Assembly: GCA_028534125.1 (NCBI GenBank)
Contig: CM052817.1
Coordinates: 560,001-624,000 of the forward strand
Origin: Lama glama
Taxonomy: Eukaryota
Length of the DNA: 64,000 nt
Direction of reading: 5' to 3'
Part shown: one piece after another, positions 12,623 to 24,998 of the stretch
How the letters are laid out: each line of letters begins with the position of its first letter
Position numbering within the stretch: the stretch's first letter is position 1
The notes under the pieces: model-generated
Told to the model about the DNA's origin: nothing
Databases searched by the model: none
What the model saw: only the letters and a program-made list of their open reading frames with translations
Made by a program: the position numbers and the translations under genes

Positions 12623-12751
12623 CTGTTCACCCGCACGGGGACCCATGGTGGGCACTTGGAGGGCGCCATTGACCTAAAGGCGGAGCTGGAAACTGCCCTG
12701 AGGCGGTCCCGTGAGCTGGACATCTCACCCGAGGCGGGCTGCAGGAGGCAG
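12623..12751 (+). CDS. UVSSA: UVSSA coding exon 6 (LFTRTGTHGGHLEGAIDLKAELE...RRQ)
   Basis: TTCTTGCAG acceptor after a 98-nt intron, CAG|GTGAGT donor, 129 nt. Confidence 0.96.
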
Positions 12752-13649
12752 GTGAGTGCCGCCAGCCGGCTGCGGGGACCGCAGGGGCCCTCCTCTCTCA
12801 CCCTAGCTCAGCCTTCTAAGGAAGCAGGCGTCCCTGGGGGCTAGGCATGTTCTGGTTTCTTCCTCACTGGGGCCTGACTTTCCCAAGTGGGAGCTCTGAA
12901 CTAAGGGACCAGAGGCCACAGCCAGGCCCTCCCCGTGGACGCAGGGGCTGGGACGGGGTCTGAGCAGGCGGGGCAGTGAGGGGAACGGGTGAATTGGGTG
13001 GAGGCCTCAAGGGGGAAGATCAGTAGCGAGCTTCAGGCTGGAGGTGCTTCTGTCTGCGTTGTGGCCGAGGCTGCCTGTGGGGTTCAGAGTCAGGACGTCT
13101 CCCTCCTGGCTTATGCAGAGGCCCAGGGCGAGTGAGCTGGGTGGATTTGGGGACTGGTGCCCATTTTGGGGGGCGGGGGGAGGAGCTCTAGGCCAGACAT
13201 CTGCTGGGCGTGTGGCGCCGCCTCTGAGGCCCTGCGTGGTTCAGGAAGGGGGAGGCCCTCTGCTGGCTGTGTCCCCAGCGAGGCGGGGCACGTGGAGAGA
13301 CCTGTGGGCCTGATGCAGGGGCCCTGAGGGCTGGGCAGGGGCGAAGCCACTTGCTCTGGGACACTGGGTGCCTGTGCATCCAGGCCCCTCTTGTTGGCTC
13401 ACACCAAGACCTGGACTTGTGTGTTCGAAAGGGACCCGGAGAGAGCTGGGTCCTCCGAGGTGTCCCTGGGGGTGCTAGCCCGGAGGGAGCAGCCACAGAT
13501 GGCTCCCATCAGCCTCTGGTTGGAAGCCAGGAAATAGACGTCAGTGCACCACACGGTAGGGCCACCCCAACCCTGAGCTGGGGGAGGCGCCTGAGTGAGA
13601 GGAGGGGTCAGGAGGAGGCCCTGAGACGGGAGGGCACCGTTCCCCGTTG

Positions 13650-14600
13650 AGGGAAAGATGGAGTTCGAAGCCCCTCGGATTTGGAGTGGGAGTGGTTGGC
13701 ACCGCGAGCCTGGCGCCGAGTCCTCGCTGCTGGGGGTCGCATGGGTCCTGCGGGAGCGACGAGCCGCTGTCCGCCTACACTTGGAGGTGTACGGCCGCCA
13801 GGGGGCGACCCTGCCTTTCTCCCGAGCCGCGTGGGCGCGGGCGGTCAGCCTGGCGGCTGTGGACTGAACAGGAGATAAGTTAGTTCTGTGAATTTCGACC
13901 AAGATTCTTGTTTTACAACGAAGAGATTGTTTTCTGGTTGGGGGAGGAGGACTGCCCCGGCCAGCATGGCCTGGCAAGTCGGGGTACTTTACTTCTGAGC
14001 CTCGGCGGACGCCAGGTTGCCGTGCCGGGCGGGAGGCCGGGCGGGAGGCCGGGCGCCTGAGCGCAGCCCCAGAGCCGCAGGCCGCCAGCCGGCTCCGCGG
14101 GGCGACTGCGCGCGGCCCCCGTCAGGCTCCTCCGCGCGCTGGGCCCCGGAGCCGCGCTGCCCCCCGCCGGCGGCTGCGGGGACCCGTCGCCCGCGTGGCG
14201 GCTGGGCGGCTGAGCGGCTCCGCAGGCCCGCTGCCCAGACTAGACTCGGCGGCGGCGGTATCTGCGCATCTGCGCCCGCGCCGCGCGCTGCGGGGATGAG
14301 TTTCATCGACCAGCGTCCCTGGCTGGTCTCCGCGTGAAACGTCCGCGGTCTGACTCCTCCCCCTGCCGCTTCCCCGCTTGGCTCGGCGGCCTTCGGACCT
14401 GCCGGCAGAGTGGGGAGCGCTGATCAGCGGCGTGTGGTCCAGGGTTTTGGAGCCGGACGAGCGTGTGACGCCTGGAGCGCGGTGTGACGGCCCTGCGCAC
14501 ACAGGTGGCCCCGCCGCGCTGAAGGCGTGCGGCGTGCTCTCCCCGCGGCCGCCTGCCGACGTGCCTTTTTTGCGATTCCCCTTTTCTGTCTTTGGTGCCT
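13650..14600. promoter_or_regulatory. Intragenic CpG island in UVSSA intron
   Basis: Abrupt rise in CpG density relative to flanking intron; CTCF-like motif at 13792-13810; short GGCCGGGCGGGA tandem at ~14024-14055. Confidence 0.8.
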
Positions 14601-15649
14601 TGTTTCTACGCTGTTTCCTTCTGACTTCGGTGTTTTGTCCTTAAAGAACATTTCAGCCAGTTTTAGTGTGTGTGACTGCTTGTTTTATGGAGGGTCTGCC
14701 CAGCGCCCTGCGGACGTGGTTGGGGATAAATCTTCACCAGGTCAATACAGAGCACTGGTTGGTGGATTTAGTTTCCAGCCCCACGGTTAGAGGAGACGTG
14801 TAGTGATCGGAGGCTGCTATGTTCATTAAACTGATAAAAATCCTTTCAAAACTTTTTAATTGCCTGCTGTTTAATTACAGAGCAAAGACCACTTACTTCA
14901 TATCGTGTAGTTAACAAAATACTAATTTCCCACCAACCAGTAAGTCAGAAAAAAAAATCTGAGCACCAGTCTGTTCAAGCTGTTGGCGGCATGGGCGTTT
15001 TGCTCGCTGGGCTACACGTTTCCACGCCGTGCTGCCTGCATGGACGCCCCTTCTCACTAGCTGGGCTGGTGTGGCAGCCACGGGGTTTTAGCTCAAGCAC
15101 ACCCTCGCTCTCTGCAAAAGCAGACAGAGCTTGAGCCTCTGGACTCTGGGAGAGGTCTCTCTGTTGTTTGCCTGCTGCCTTTCGGACCACCTCCCAACCC
15201 ATGCACCTGGGTGGTGCGCGGGGTCCGCCACCAGCACGAGGTGGAAGCAAGGCAGCTCCCCACAGTGGACACATTTCTGACTGCTGGGGCCGAGTGCTGG
15301 CTGCCTGCAGGTGAAAAGGAGAGCGGGAACCCAGGGAATGAAATGTTGACCCATCGGGCACCCAGAGAGGCAGGGAAGCTAAATCAGCCAACCGACCGGC
15401 AGGACCTTGTACTGAGCAGGGCCAGTAAACAACCTTCCTGGTGACGCGCTCCCTCCATCACCTTCACGCTGAAGGCCGCACTTGAGGGCTGGAGCTGGGG
15501 GAGGGGTCTGCCCGTGTTCTCGGGAGGAGCTCTCAGCTGCTGGGGGCCACCCTCTCCACCCGCAGCCCCTGCGTGCTTCCACAGCGTATCCGCCCAGCAT
15601 CCTCCAGGATGGCCCTCTCCTCTGAACCTGTTCACATGTGGTTCCCATA

Positions 15650-15745
15650 ATCGCAAAATCAGGCTTGTGGGGAGATTCTGTTCTCACCCACATTTTACAG
15701 ATGAGAAGACTGAGTCTGGGGGAGTTTGTGAACCTTCCCACTGAG
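15650..15745 (-). mobile_element. MIR SINE fragment
   Basis: CATTTTACAGATGAGAAGACTGAG is the reverse complement of the MIR core. Confidence 0.7.
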
Positions 15746-18700
15746 GCCAGGCTGCCACACCAGGAACCCTAGGAGGTCTAGCTGTGGAGGAGGGCATGGT
15801 AGTCGTTGGGGCAGCAACCAGGGCTGAGAGCCAGCCCCGCAGGATGTGGTGTCGGTTACAGGAGGTGCAGGCAGTGCCCCCGCTCTGCGTCCACTCACAC
15901 TGGCAGCACTGAGGCCGCATCTTACGGGAATCCAGCCATGAGGCCTGGTGGGGGCACCCGGGGAGAGGGAGCTGCTCATCTGGGTGCAGCACAGACTCAG
16001 GCCCCCCAGCCTCGGCCTAGAAACACGTCCAGACGTCCAGCTGACCCAGAGCGGCAGTGGCCTCCTTGTGCACCCCCGAGCAGCTCCCGGGGCTTGGCCT
16101 TTTCAAGCCTCCATCCCGCTATGACGGCCACTCTGGGCCAGGTGCCTGGCTGCCCCGGATCCCAGACCCCCGTGTGTGCTGTCCCCAGTGCCTGCGTGGT
16201 CGCCTCCATCCTCTGCCCTCTGAGCTGCGCCCACTGCAGAGATGCACATGAGATACTGGCTGGGCTGGGCGATTTGCACGGCCTTCCAGGGAGGGCATTA
16301 GCATATAAATAGCAGCCGTGGCGACGACCACCACAGCTGAGCACGTTTAATTTTTAGTTTATAAGATAGAATGGGGCTTTAAATGCGCTGCCATCCAGCC
16401 GCGGAGACAAATGCAGCTTTGAGCTCACTTGTCTGACGAGTCAGACATCATTTTTTTAGAAAAGGGAAACAGACACTCACAAAACTGAACGGAGGTGATG
16501 TCTTGGGTGGACAGCAACGGAGATGGCGCCCGACTTAGTCCGGTCGCGCGGGATTTGTTGAGTGGTCCAGCCACGTCTCAGGCCGCCCGGCCTGCAGACC
16601 TGGGAGGCGGCTCTTCCCAGCCTCCTCCGGTAACTAGCATCCCGCTCCCTGCTTCTGTAAACTGGTTACATTGTATATTTTAGCCGTTCTGTTGCCTGTT
16701 TAATTATGATCACAGAGCCTCATCTTTCTAAATCCTTTTAACTGTGGGTGAGAATCTATCTGAATGAAACCGGAGGGAGGCCTGGGGCCGCCTCTGGAGG
16801 CTTCAGTCCAGGGGGCTGGCCTCTCCCAGAGCCTCCGGCCCCCAGCCCCAAGGTCTTCACCTGTTAGGGAGGTGGGCGCAGGCCCTGGGCAGGCGGGCTT
16901 GGTGGGGCCTCTGGGCCCCCAGGTGAGGGGTGGGGCTGGTTTCCCCAGCGTATTCTGTGATGTTTCGTCAGGACTGGGAAGCCCAGCTCCCAGCAGACGG
17001 CTCCTGAGAGCAGTTAGTCTGACCCCACGCTGAAAGCTGCCCACCTTCACCGATTCCTCCTTGGGCCGGTGACCACCTTCCCAGCTCCTGGCAGCGTCCA
17101 CACGGCCCTGCTCTGCCCCCAGCGCCTCCCTACCCGCACCCAGTGCTGCCTTTTGACCCAATCTGTGCCCTTGAACCTTGAGGGAATTGCCACCGCACTG
17201 CCCTGGAGCCCTGGGCGGGCCCTTCAGTGTGCTCGGTGGGGTCTTCCCTGCGGCCTCAGTTTCTCCAGCCACATGCTCCTCCAGGGCCTGGGAGGCCTGT
17301 CTGGCCTGGCTGGTGGGTTGCTTCCTCCCTCTGAACAGGCACTTGGTTGCCCGGTGTCGCGGCCACAGGACACCTGTGTCTCCAGACACCAGGTGCTGCT
17401 GCCCTTTTCCCGCGGTTCGTGCGTTCAAGCTTGAGTGCGGTGTTAGCAATGACGTCCCTGCTTCTGTGTTGCCGTCGTTTGAGGGGTCACCCCAGCTGCC
17501 AAGGAGCGGGAGATGCGAGTGTGGGAGTGATCACCGCGGTGGCACCTGCTTGGGAGCCCTGGGGTTGTTCCTGGCAGAGCTGTGCCTGGAGGCCGGGCCA
17601 GGGACCAGGCGACAGTGGGCCTGACAGCCCTTCTGGACACGTGTGTGGCCTCGTCAGCGCTAATTTAAGGACAAGGGAGCTGGGGCTCTGTATTTAATCA
17701 CAGGGATAAACAACTTTGGTTGGGGGGAAAGAAGGTATAATTCCTGATAGTTAGCAGAGCAGCTGAGTATTTTGGGGGAAATGAAAATTCAGTAAAAGTC
17801 CCTGGGGAAATTCAAGGGTGTGGACAATAAGCATAATATTTTATGAAAACGACCCCCATATTTAAAAGCTGGCACTGTATGTTATGCATTGTAGCACCCA
17901 GTCCACAGCTACCTTTTAGAAAATTAAAACACATAAATTCTGTTTAGTGTTTGATACGCGCTGCACAAGCCAGGACCGTAATGCCCGAAAACCTTGGGCT
18001 GCTCTCCACCTTTCATAAATTCCTGGGTAGATTCTATACAAAAATAATTTTCAGGTCCGCGGCTCATTGTTATTCAAACGTGATTGATCGTCGCCATTTG
18101 CCCGGCTCGGGAGTTAAGTGCCCCTGTCATTTCCAAAGAGTATAATTGGGACGTTTCACAGGTCAGCGGCGGAGACAGGCTTCCCTTTTGATCAGTGTTA
18201 GACTGATAACAAAAATTACAGTTTCCAGTGATTAATGTCTCCGTGCTTCCCAGACTCACCACGAGCCGTGCGAGCACAGTGTATTTGCATCTGATTAGGG
18301 CAGCTCCTCTGTGGCTTCCTGGGTCCCTGGGTCCCGGGTTGGTGGGCGGCGTGCTAGCCAGGCCTGGGCTGGCGGCCACCCCTGGCCCTGCAGTGACTGT
18401 CGGCGGGGGCGGTGCCTGCTGGCCTCCTCCCCAGGGGTCAGCGGGCCCAGGCGGCCACCTCGGGTCTCCGAGCCACAGTGTGAGTGGACTCTGGGAGGGG
18501 GTGCGTGCATCAGAGGGTTACAGCCGCAGCTGGTATGGACTCTGCAGGGGTCACCTCTCTGGGTATCTCCTTGCGGTGGGTTCTTGGGGCAGAAGCCCCT
18601 GCTGATCTGAGTGGGCCAGAGGCAGAAAGGGGCCCCAAGTGTTTCAGCTGGGGTTGGCCATAGGGCAGAGTTCCCAGTGCCTTCCTACTCTGGAAAGACA

Positions 18701-19460
18701 GGTCCCCTTGGGGGTTGCTGAGGATGTGGGGTGAGAAGGCTGGGGAGCAGGAGGCTGAGCTGGCCCAGAGGGGTGCCATGCGTCAGGGTCTGAGCAGGGA
18801 GGGCTGCTGACACGTAATTCCCGCTCTACACGGCCCTGGTGCCTGGTGAGTATGTGTGGCCATCGGTCGCCCTGCCCTTTGGGGGCCCTCTGCCCTCATG
18901 AGGTAAGCCCTTCATGCTCAGGGTCCCTGCTGCACCCACTAAGCTAGGCAGTGCCCGGCAAGCAAATGGGGGCAGAGGGCGGAGAAGTTCTAGGGCCCTG
19001 GGCTGGGGGCAGGGGCTCTTTCAGGCCTCTGGGCCCCCCAGGGGTGGCACAGGTGCCCGTGTCTTGCCGAGTGGGCGGGGAGGGCAGCCTTGTCTGGAGA
19101 AAGCTTTTGCTCGGTGGCTTTTTAACAAGTCATTTTAGGGACAGAATATTCCGGAAGTGCTGTGGTCACACCGGCACCAGCGGAGGCCTAGGTGGATAGG
19201 CCTGGCTGGAGCTAGAAGGAGGGCCAGCATCTCAGGCCCTGCCATTACCCCGGGCTCTAGGGGGCTGAGGCTGTCCCCTCCGTGCATTTCATGGGGACAG
19301 CTGGCGGAGGATTTAGGGAGGGAGCAGGCGGGAAATGACCATAGGCACATCCCTCGTGGTCGCTGCTAAACCCCAGCCTGGAGGAAATACACAGGGGCAG
19401 GACTGGGGGTCCTGGGGCTCTGCCTGCGGTTCCTTCACACAGATCTGGGGGTTTCCACAG

Positions 19461-19569
19461 AAGGCGGCCCCCGGGGACGAGGACCAGGACGAGGATGAGG
19501 ACTTCGTGGAGGTCCCGGAGAAGGAGGGGTATGAGCCCTGCATCCCTGAGCACCTGCGGCCTGAGTACG
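19461..19569 (+). CDS. UVSSA: UVSSA coding exon 7 ([36 protein letters not shown])
   Basis: TTTCCACAG acceptor, ACG|GTGAGC donor, 109 nt; contains the acidic [11 protein letters not shown] motif (human Lys414 ubiquitination site; Lys396 here). Confidence 0.96.
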
Positions 19570-22500
19570 GTGAGCGGCCAGAGGGGCCCGGGGGGCATGA
19601 GCTCACGTCCGGTCCGGGGCCCGCCGAGTGGGAAGCAGGCCCTGGGTCGTGCTGGGCACTCCAGGCTGTGCCTCATGGTCCTGAGGTTCCCCGTGGTCCC
19701 GCCTGGCAACCCTGCAGAGCTGCTTTCGTGGAAAGTCCTGTGATCCTCCCTCGTGAGCAGGCTGCTCGCTGGCCCTGGGTGGGCGGGCCCTGCCGCCAGC
19801 TCCTGCAGGGGTAGCAGGCTGTCCAGACCGAGGCCCCTGACTCAGCACGCAGGCCTGTGCTGACTCCTCACCCAGCGGCCTCAGGCCCCACCTTGGCGCA
19901 GGACCGCCCTGCTTGGGGTCACAGAAATCTCAGGACCGGGGTCCAGGGCAGGAGGGGCACCCTCCAAGCTGAGAGCAGGCCTGGGCTCCTGCACTCACGG
20001 GAGGGCGTTGGGGCGGATGGTGCGATTCCTGCAGCCATGGGGCCCTTTGGGCTGCGAGGGAGTCGATGGCCGGGGCCACTGCTGCTCAGTGGGTGGGGAC
20101 CGCCACCTCGTGCCCTCAGGGCCCCCCTGCTGCACGGTCGCCATTTCTGTAAGTGCCACAAGTAAGGCCGCATCCTCCTTGCCGCCTGTGGAGTCACGGG
20201 CTCAGCGTCCAGCCGAGAGTCTGTTTTCTCCAGGACGCGGAGCCCAGATGCAGTTCGGGGAGTGCCCGCCCACCTGCGACTGACCAATCTTTCCTGTGTA
20301 GAATTTTCTTCTTTCCCAGAAAACCTCCAAAAGCCAGTTCTGTACAGGAGGCATCTCTCATCCAAGGAAGCAAACAAAAACAAGAGCTTGTGGGGTTTGT
20401 GGCGAAGTGGTCGAGGCGACCAGAGTCTGAGTGTGGGGTGAGGTGTAGCGTCGTCGACGAGCTTGGATGCCTGGAGCCCAGGGTGCAGACATGACCCATC
20501 GCGGTGTCGTGCCAGATTAACGGACGGACTTCCCGACCCTCCAGTGTTCGGCCTGTTTACTCTCTGCCTGTGCCTGCTGGCTCGTCTCTGGGCACCCCAG
20601 GGCAGCGCTGTCCCCCACCCCCTGCCCACTGGGCCACTCCCGTGCCCTCTGTGCTTCCGTGTCCTCCCAGGTGCCCAGCCATCTGCCACCCGCAGCTCAT
20701 GCTGTCCCACACCCACAAGGCACACAGAGGTGCAGTGACTGCCCTCCCACACCCAGAGTCCTGCCCATTCCCTGGGGCCCTGCCCACTGTCCCACCCTGG
20801 GTCAGGCCTCCCGGAGGGCCCGGCTCTGAGGGCACCCAGCCCCAGCAGGCACTTGTCCTCCTAGTAGAGGCCCCAGGCACGAGAACGGGGGTAAACCGTC
20901 CTGGTCCTTCCTGGTCCGGACGGTCTGTGAGCCCTTGTCCGAAGGGCCCCACCGGCCCAGGTGGCTCGGAGGCCCTCTCGGTGCTGTGGGCCTTCGCCAC
21001 TGCCTGCACCCCACCGCTGCTGCTTCCTTGCGAGGGTGCCGGTGCCAGCAGGTGGGCGCTGGAGCTGGGTGGGGACGCGGCCTCACTGAAGTCCCACGGG
21101 CCCACGGCCGGTGCTGGGTGAGCCAGTTCATAATGCTGGCTTATGCTCTGTCGCTGCTTTTTCAGTTGAACGCGGTGAGCCTGCAGTGGATTCGGTCTAG
21201 ATCCACACGGCGCTCCTTTTCTTTCTCAGAGTTTTCACAGAGGGGCGTTTATCTTCCCCTTAATCCTGCCGTTTCTGTCAGGACGTAATCTCTTTCTCAA
21301 ATTTACATTTTAATTACAAGGCCAGCTGAACTGGCGAGATCAATACGGTCGAGCTCGCTGCCGAACTTCGCGGGAAGCCCTGGCCTCTCCATTTCCTGCC
21401 ATCGATCCCGCCCCCACCCCCGCCCCACTCTGCTTCAGCGCTTCAGGCCAATAGCGGCCACTTGGTCAATTTACACAAAAAGGGGGATTTGGACATTTTT
21501 ATGGCCCTTTCTAAAAGCCACCTTGGGAGTAAATTTGAGCCGAGATCTGGTGCTTCAGTCCGACGCCCTTGGGCAGTGGGAGCTGTGCAGCCCCCAGTTT
21601 TCCCAGGGGTCACTGTTCTCTCCAAAATCGCAGCCCGCGGCCTGGGGCATGCCTGCTTTTTGGGTTCTTACTTTGAAAGTATGTCATCGAGATTGATTTT
21701 TCTGGGACAACGTGAAGCTGGTAGTGTTTTTTCAGTGCCGAGTACTTACCCTGCTTCAGCACGCTTACCCATCTTTTTAATGGTTTAAAACAACAAATCA
21801 ATGAAAAATATATTTCATTCTTGTAACTCTGAGGAATTCTCATATTGATCTCGCGGCTGTGATTGTATCCACCTAAGTGCCACGGCAGCCACTTACCAGC
21901 CGCGCTGCCGTGTGTGCACCCGTGCATGCCCGTGTCGGGGTCTGCCCCGGTGGGTGATGGCGGTGGGGGCATTTGGAAGTTTTGTGACCACCTGGGATGT
22001 GTTGGTGACTTGGCTGGTCCCGCCTACCTTCCAAGTGTGCCCATGTCTCCAGGGCTCATAGCCAGGGCACTGCCAGGTGGCCCTCCCCCACCCTCAGCCA
22101 CGGGCACTTGAGAAGCAGGGAGCCCCCCACTCACAGGGTCCTGTTAGACCTGGAAAGGTGTCTGGAGCAGGTGCCGGCAAGTGTTCTCTGGGGTGGGGGG
22201 TGGGGCTGGGTGAACATTTTGGATTTGTGGGCCACGCCAGGCCTCTGTCGCAGCTCTTCTGTCGTCTGCAGAAGCACCAGACGGCACACTCACGGGCGCC
22301 TGCCCTGTGCCCAGAGGCTGCGTGCAGACCCTGCAGCAAAGAGCCAGGCGCTGTGACAGTGGCCTGAGCAGGGCCTCCTCCTTGCCCAGGGAGCACTTCC
22401 CTTGGTGTCCAGTGCTCAGTGCTACGACATGTCCTTTCTCATTTGTCTCTGTAAGTGGAGGACATCCTGAATTCTGTGCAGGTGGATGGAGGCGTGGTGA

Positions 22501-24438
22501 GGAAAGCCGGTGCACGGGGAGCATGGGGGCGCAGACACGTCTGCGCTGCCGCGTCTGCTCCTCTGGTGGCCCCAGGGGCTGTCCCCTGGTTGTCGTGGCC
22601 GCTTCTCGTGTGTGCTGGGAAGGACCGCTCGGGCGTGAAGTCCCACGATGTCGGTAGGAGAAGCCACGACTCCACTGACCCCGGGGTCCCAGCCGCCGGC
22701 CAGGGTCCTTGGAGCTGCCCACGTCTGCACATGTGCTCGCTCCCTGTGTTCCCTCGTTAACAAGGCCTGGTTTCTCCTGGTGTCTGTCAGCTCAGTTTTC
22801 TCCTGGTTCCCGTTTGCACAGCAAGTCTTCTCGTCCTTTTGTTTTCAGCCTTCTGTTGACCGGTTGCTTTGAGTGGTTCTCGGGTGGACTGGGGGCTGGG
22901 TGTTCGTAGGCGACTCGGTCTGAGTGATTTTAACCCACCTGAGTAGTGGCCGCTGGGGTCCCAGCTGTGCTCAGGGGCCCCTCCAGACTTCCTTTTCCGT
23001 TTGCCGTTGCTGCTGTTTCCTTTTTCCCACTTTTTGTGGGCTGGATAAACTTCTCTTCTGCTGGTCTTAGAAGTGTTCATGTGGTGTAAACGGAGCAGCG
23101 AAATGCTGTGCTGCAGGTGGTTTCGCCCAGTCTGGGTGTCACCCTCACGCTTACTGCACACCCTTGCCGCATGCTGTGTCCACTCCGGGCCTGCACAAGG
23201 TCAGGGGCGTGGTTGCTTCCCTTGCCCCGGCCTCCGGGGTCGTCCGGGAACCAGCTGAATTCTGATTGTTGTGGAGGCTTGGGCTAGGGGGAGCGAGTCC
23301 TCCACGCCCTCCAGAACCTACCCTGCCCCCAGGCGGGTCGTCATGCGGAATTGGGTGGAGTCCCCTCCTGCACCTGCACATTGAAACCTCGCGTAGCTGG
23401 GTGTGAAATTCTGAATCTGGGTGGCGTTTCACCAGCGTGAGGTGCCTTCCGAGGCCTTTCCCTCACTGTTGTGTTGGAGACGAGGGTCCCCGCGAGCGCT
23501 TGTGGCTTTGGGGCATCGGCTTTCTCCTCGGAAGCTCTGCAGGCCTCTGTCTTCACATCTGATGTTCTTGTGTTTCCTCTTAAAGCACTAGCGTGTTTGT
23601 CCTCCCATCTCCTCCGTGACACTCACTGAGTCCCTCGGGCCTCCTCAAAGTCCTGGAAGGCTGGGCTCTTTGCTTCTCCCACTGCTTCCTGCACACCGGT
23701 TCTCTTCCTCTCTGTCTGGGATTCAGCGATGGGGACGTTGATACTGGTGCATCTGCCCTTGATGCCCCCAAACCGTGGGCTCCTGGGAACTTGTTCCCTC
23801 TGAGCACCGGCGGACGTCCCGCGGCCACCCTCCCCGCTCTTCCAGCCACCTAGAACTTGTTGAGGCCCTGCTTGCCTGTGGGCTTCCGTCCGGCGGCTTC
23901 CTCTCCCAGGGTCCCTGTCAGGTCTCTAGCTCTGGCTTCTGGTCCTCCCTGTCCTCCAGATACTTTGTTTCTTTGTTCACCTGTGTTTCTCCTGGCAGTG
24001 CAGGCGCTCCACTCCGTGGAGGGGCAAGTGCTCTGTCCCGGCCAGGGGCTCCCGCCGGCTGTTGGGGAAGGGAGATGACGCCCTCAGTGTAGGGTGCCTC
24101 TGGGGCCCTCTGGGCAGCCTGGGAGCCCCAGTCCCTGTGCCCAGCTGGGAGGGGCGTGCAAGGGTCCGGGGAGCCCAGACAGGCCAGCGGGCTGGGGAGC
24201 AGCGTGGGTGGGATCCAGTAGTTGCCTGCCCTGAGGACCTGGGCGTGGACGCAGCCTGCAGGTCAGTGGCCTGGTGGCCTTGATGAGATGCCTGCGTCGG
24301 GGCCATATCTGGTGGGCAGCGGAGTGGGTGCTGTTGGGGGCCTCGGCATGCTTATATGTGGGATAGGGACATGGTGCCCTTGCAAGTCTGTCCGGGGTCA
24401 TGGGACAGTGGCCAAGAACAGACATGTCTCTGTCCCAG

Positions 24439-24583
24439 GGTTGGAGAAAGAGCCATCTGCGCCAGGCCTGCAGGCGAGGAGGACAAGGACTGAGGAGGAG
24501 GAGGCGTCTGACCCCACCTCTGCGGCCGCCCAGCTGCATCACCTCCGGCAACACTTGCCTGTGCCCTTGCCCCCAAGCCCCAG
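24439..24583 (+). CDS. UVSSA: UVSSA coding exon 8 (GLEKEPSAP...DPTSAAAQL...PSPR)
   Basis: GTCCCAG acceptor, CAG|GTGACT donor, 145 nt. Confidence 0.93.
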
Positions 24584-24998
24584 GTGACTCCCGCACGCCA
24601 GCCTCTGCCCAGGCCAGGCCCACCTTTGGCCTCAGAGGCTGCCCTGCCTGCACACCTGGCCCGCAAGCACTGCTGTACTGGGGGAGGGGGTCCTCAGAGC
24701 TGGTGTGCAAGCAGCACGAGGTCCCAAGGCCCTGGGGTTTGAGGGGCCGACCACAGGGCACCCCCAGGCCCAGCATGAGGACTGGATCCATAGCCAGCTC
24801 CCCTTGGAGTCCCAGGACTGCCGGGCTTCTGAAAGGGGCTAGGCAGCTGCCCCGGGGCCCGGGCCGGAGGTAGTGGAGTTCACTGCTGCAGTGTGCTGAC
24901 CAGGGCTGCAGCGGGCTGTGAAGGGGAAGGGCGGGTGGCCCTGGCCGGCTCCAGGTGCCGCGTCACCGAATCCTGCTCTGTCGTGTTGTGCTCTCCAG

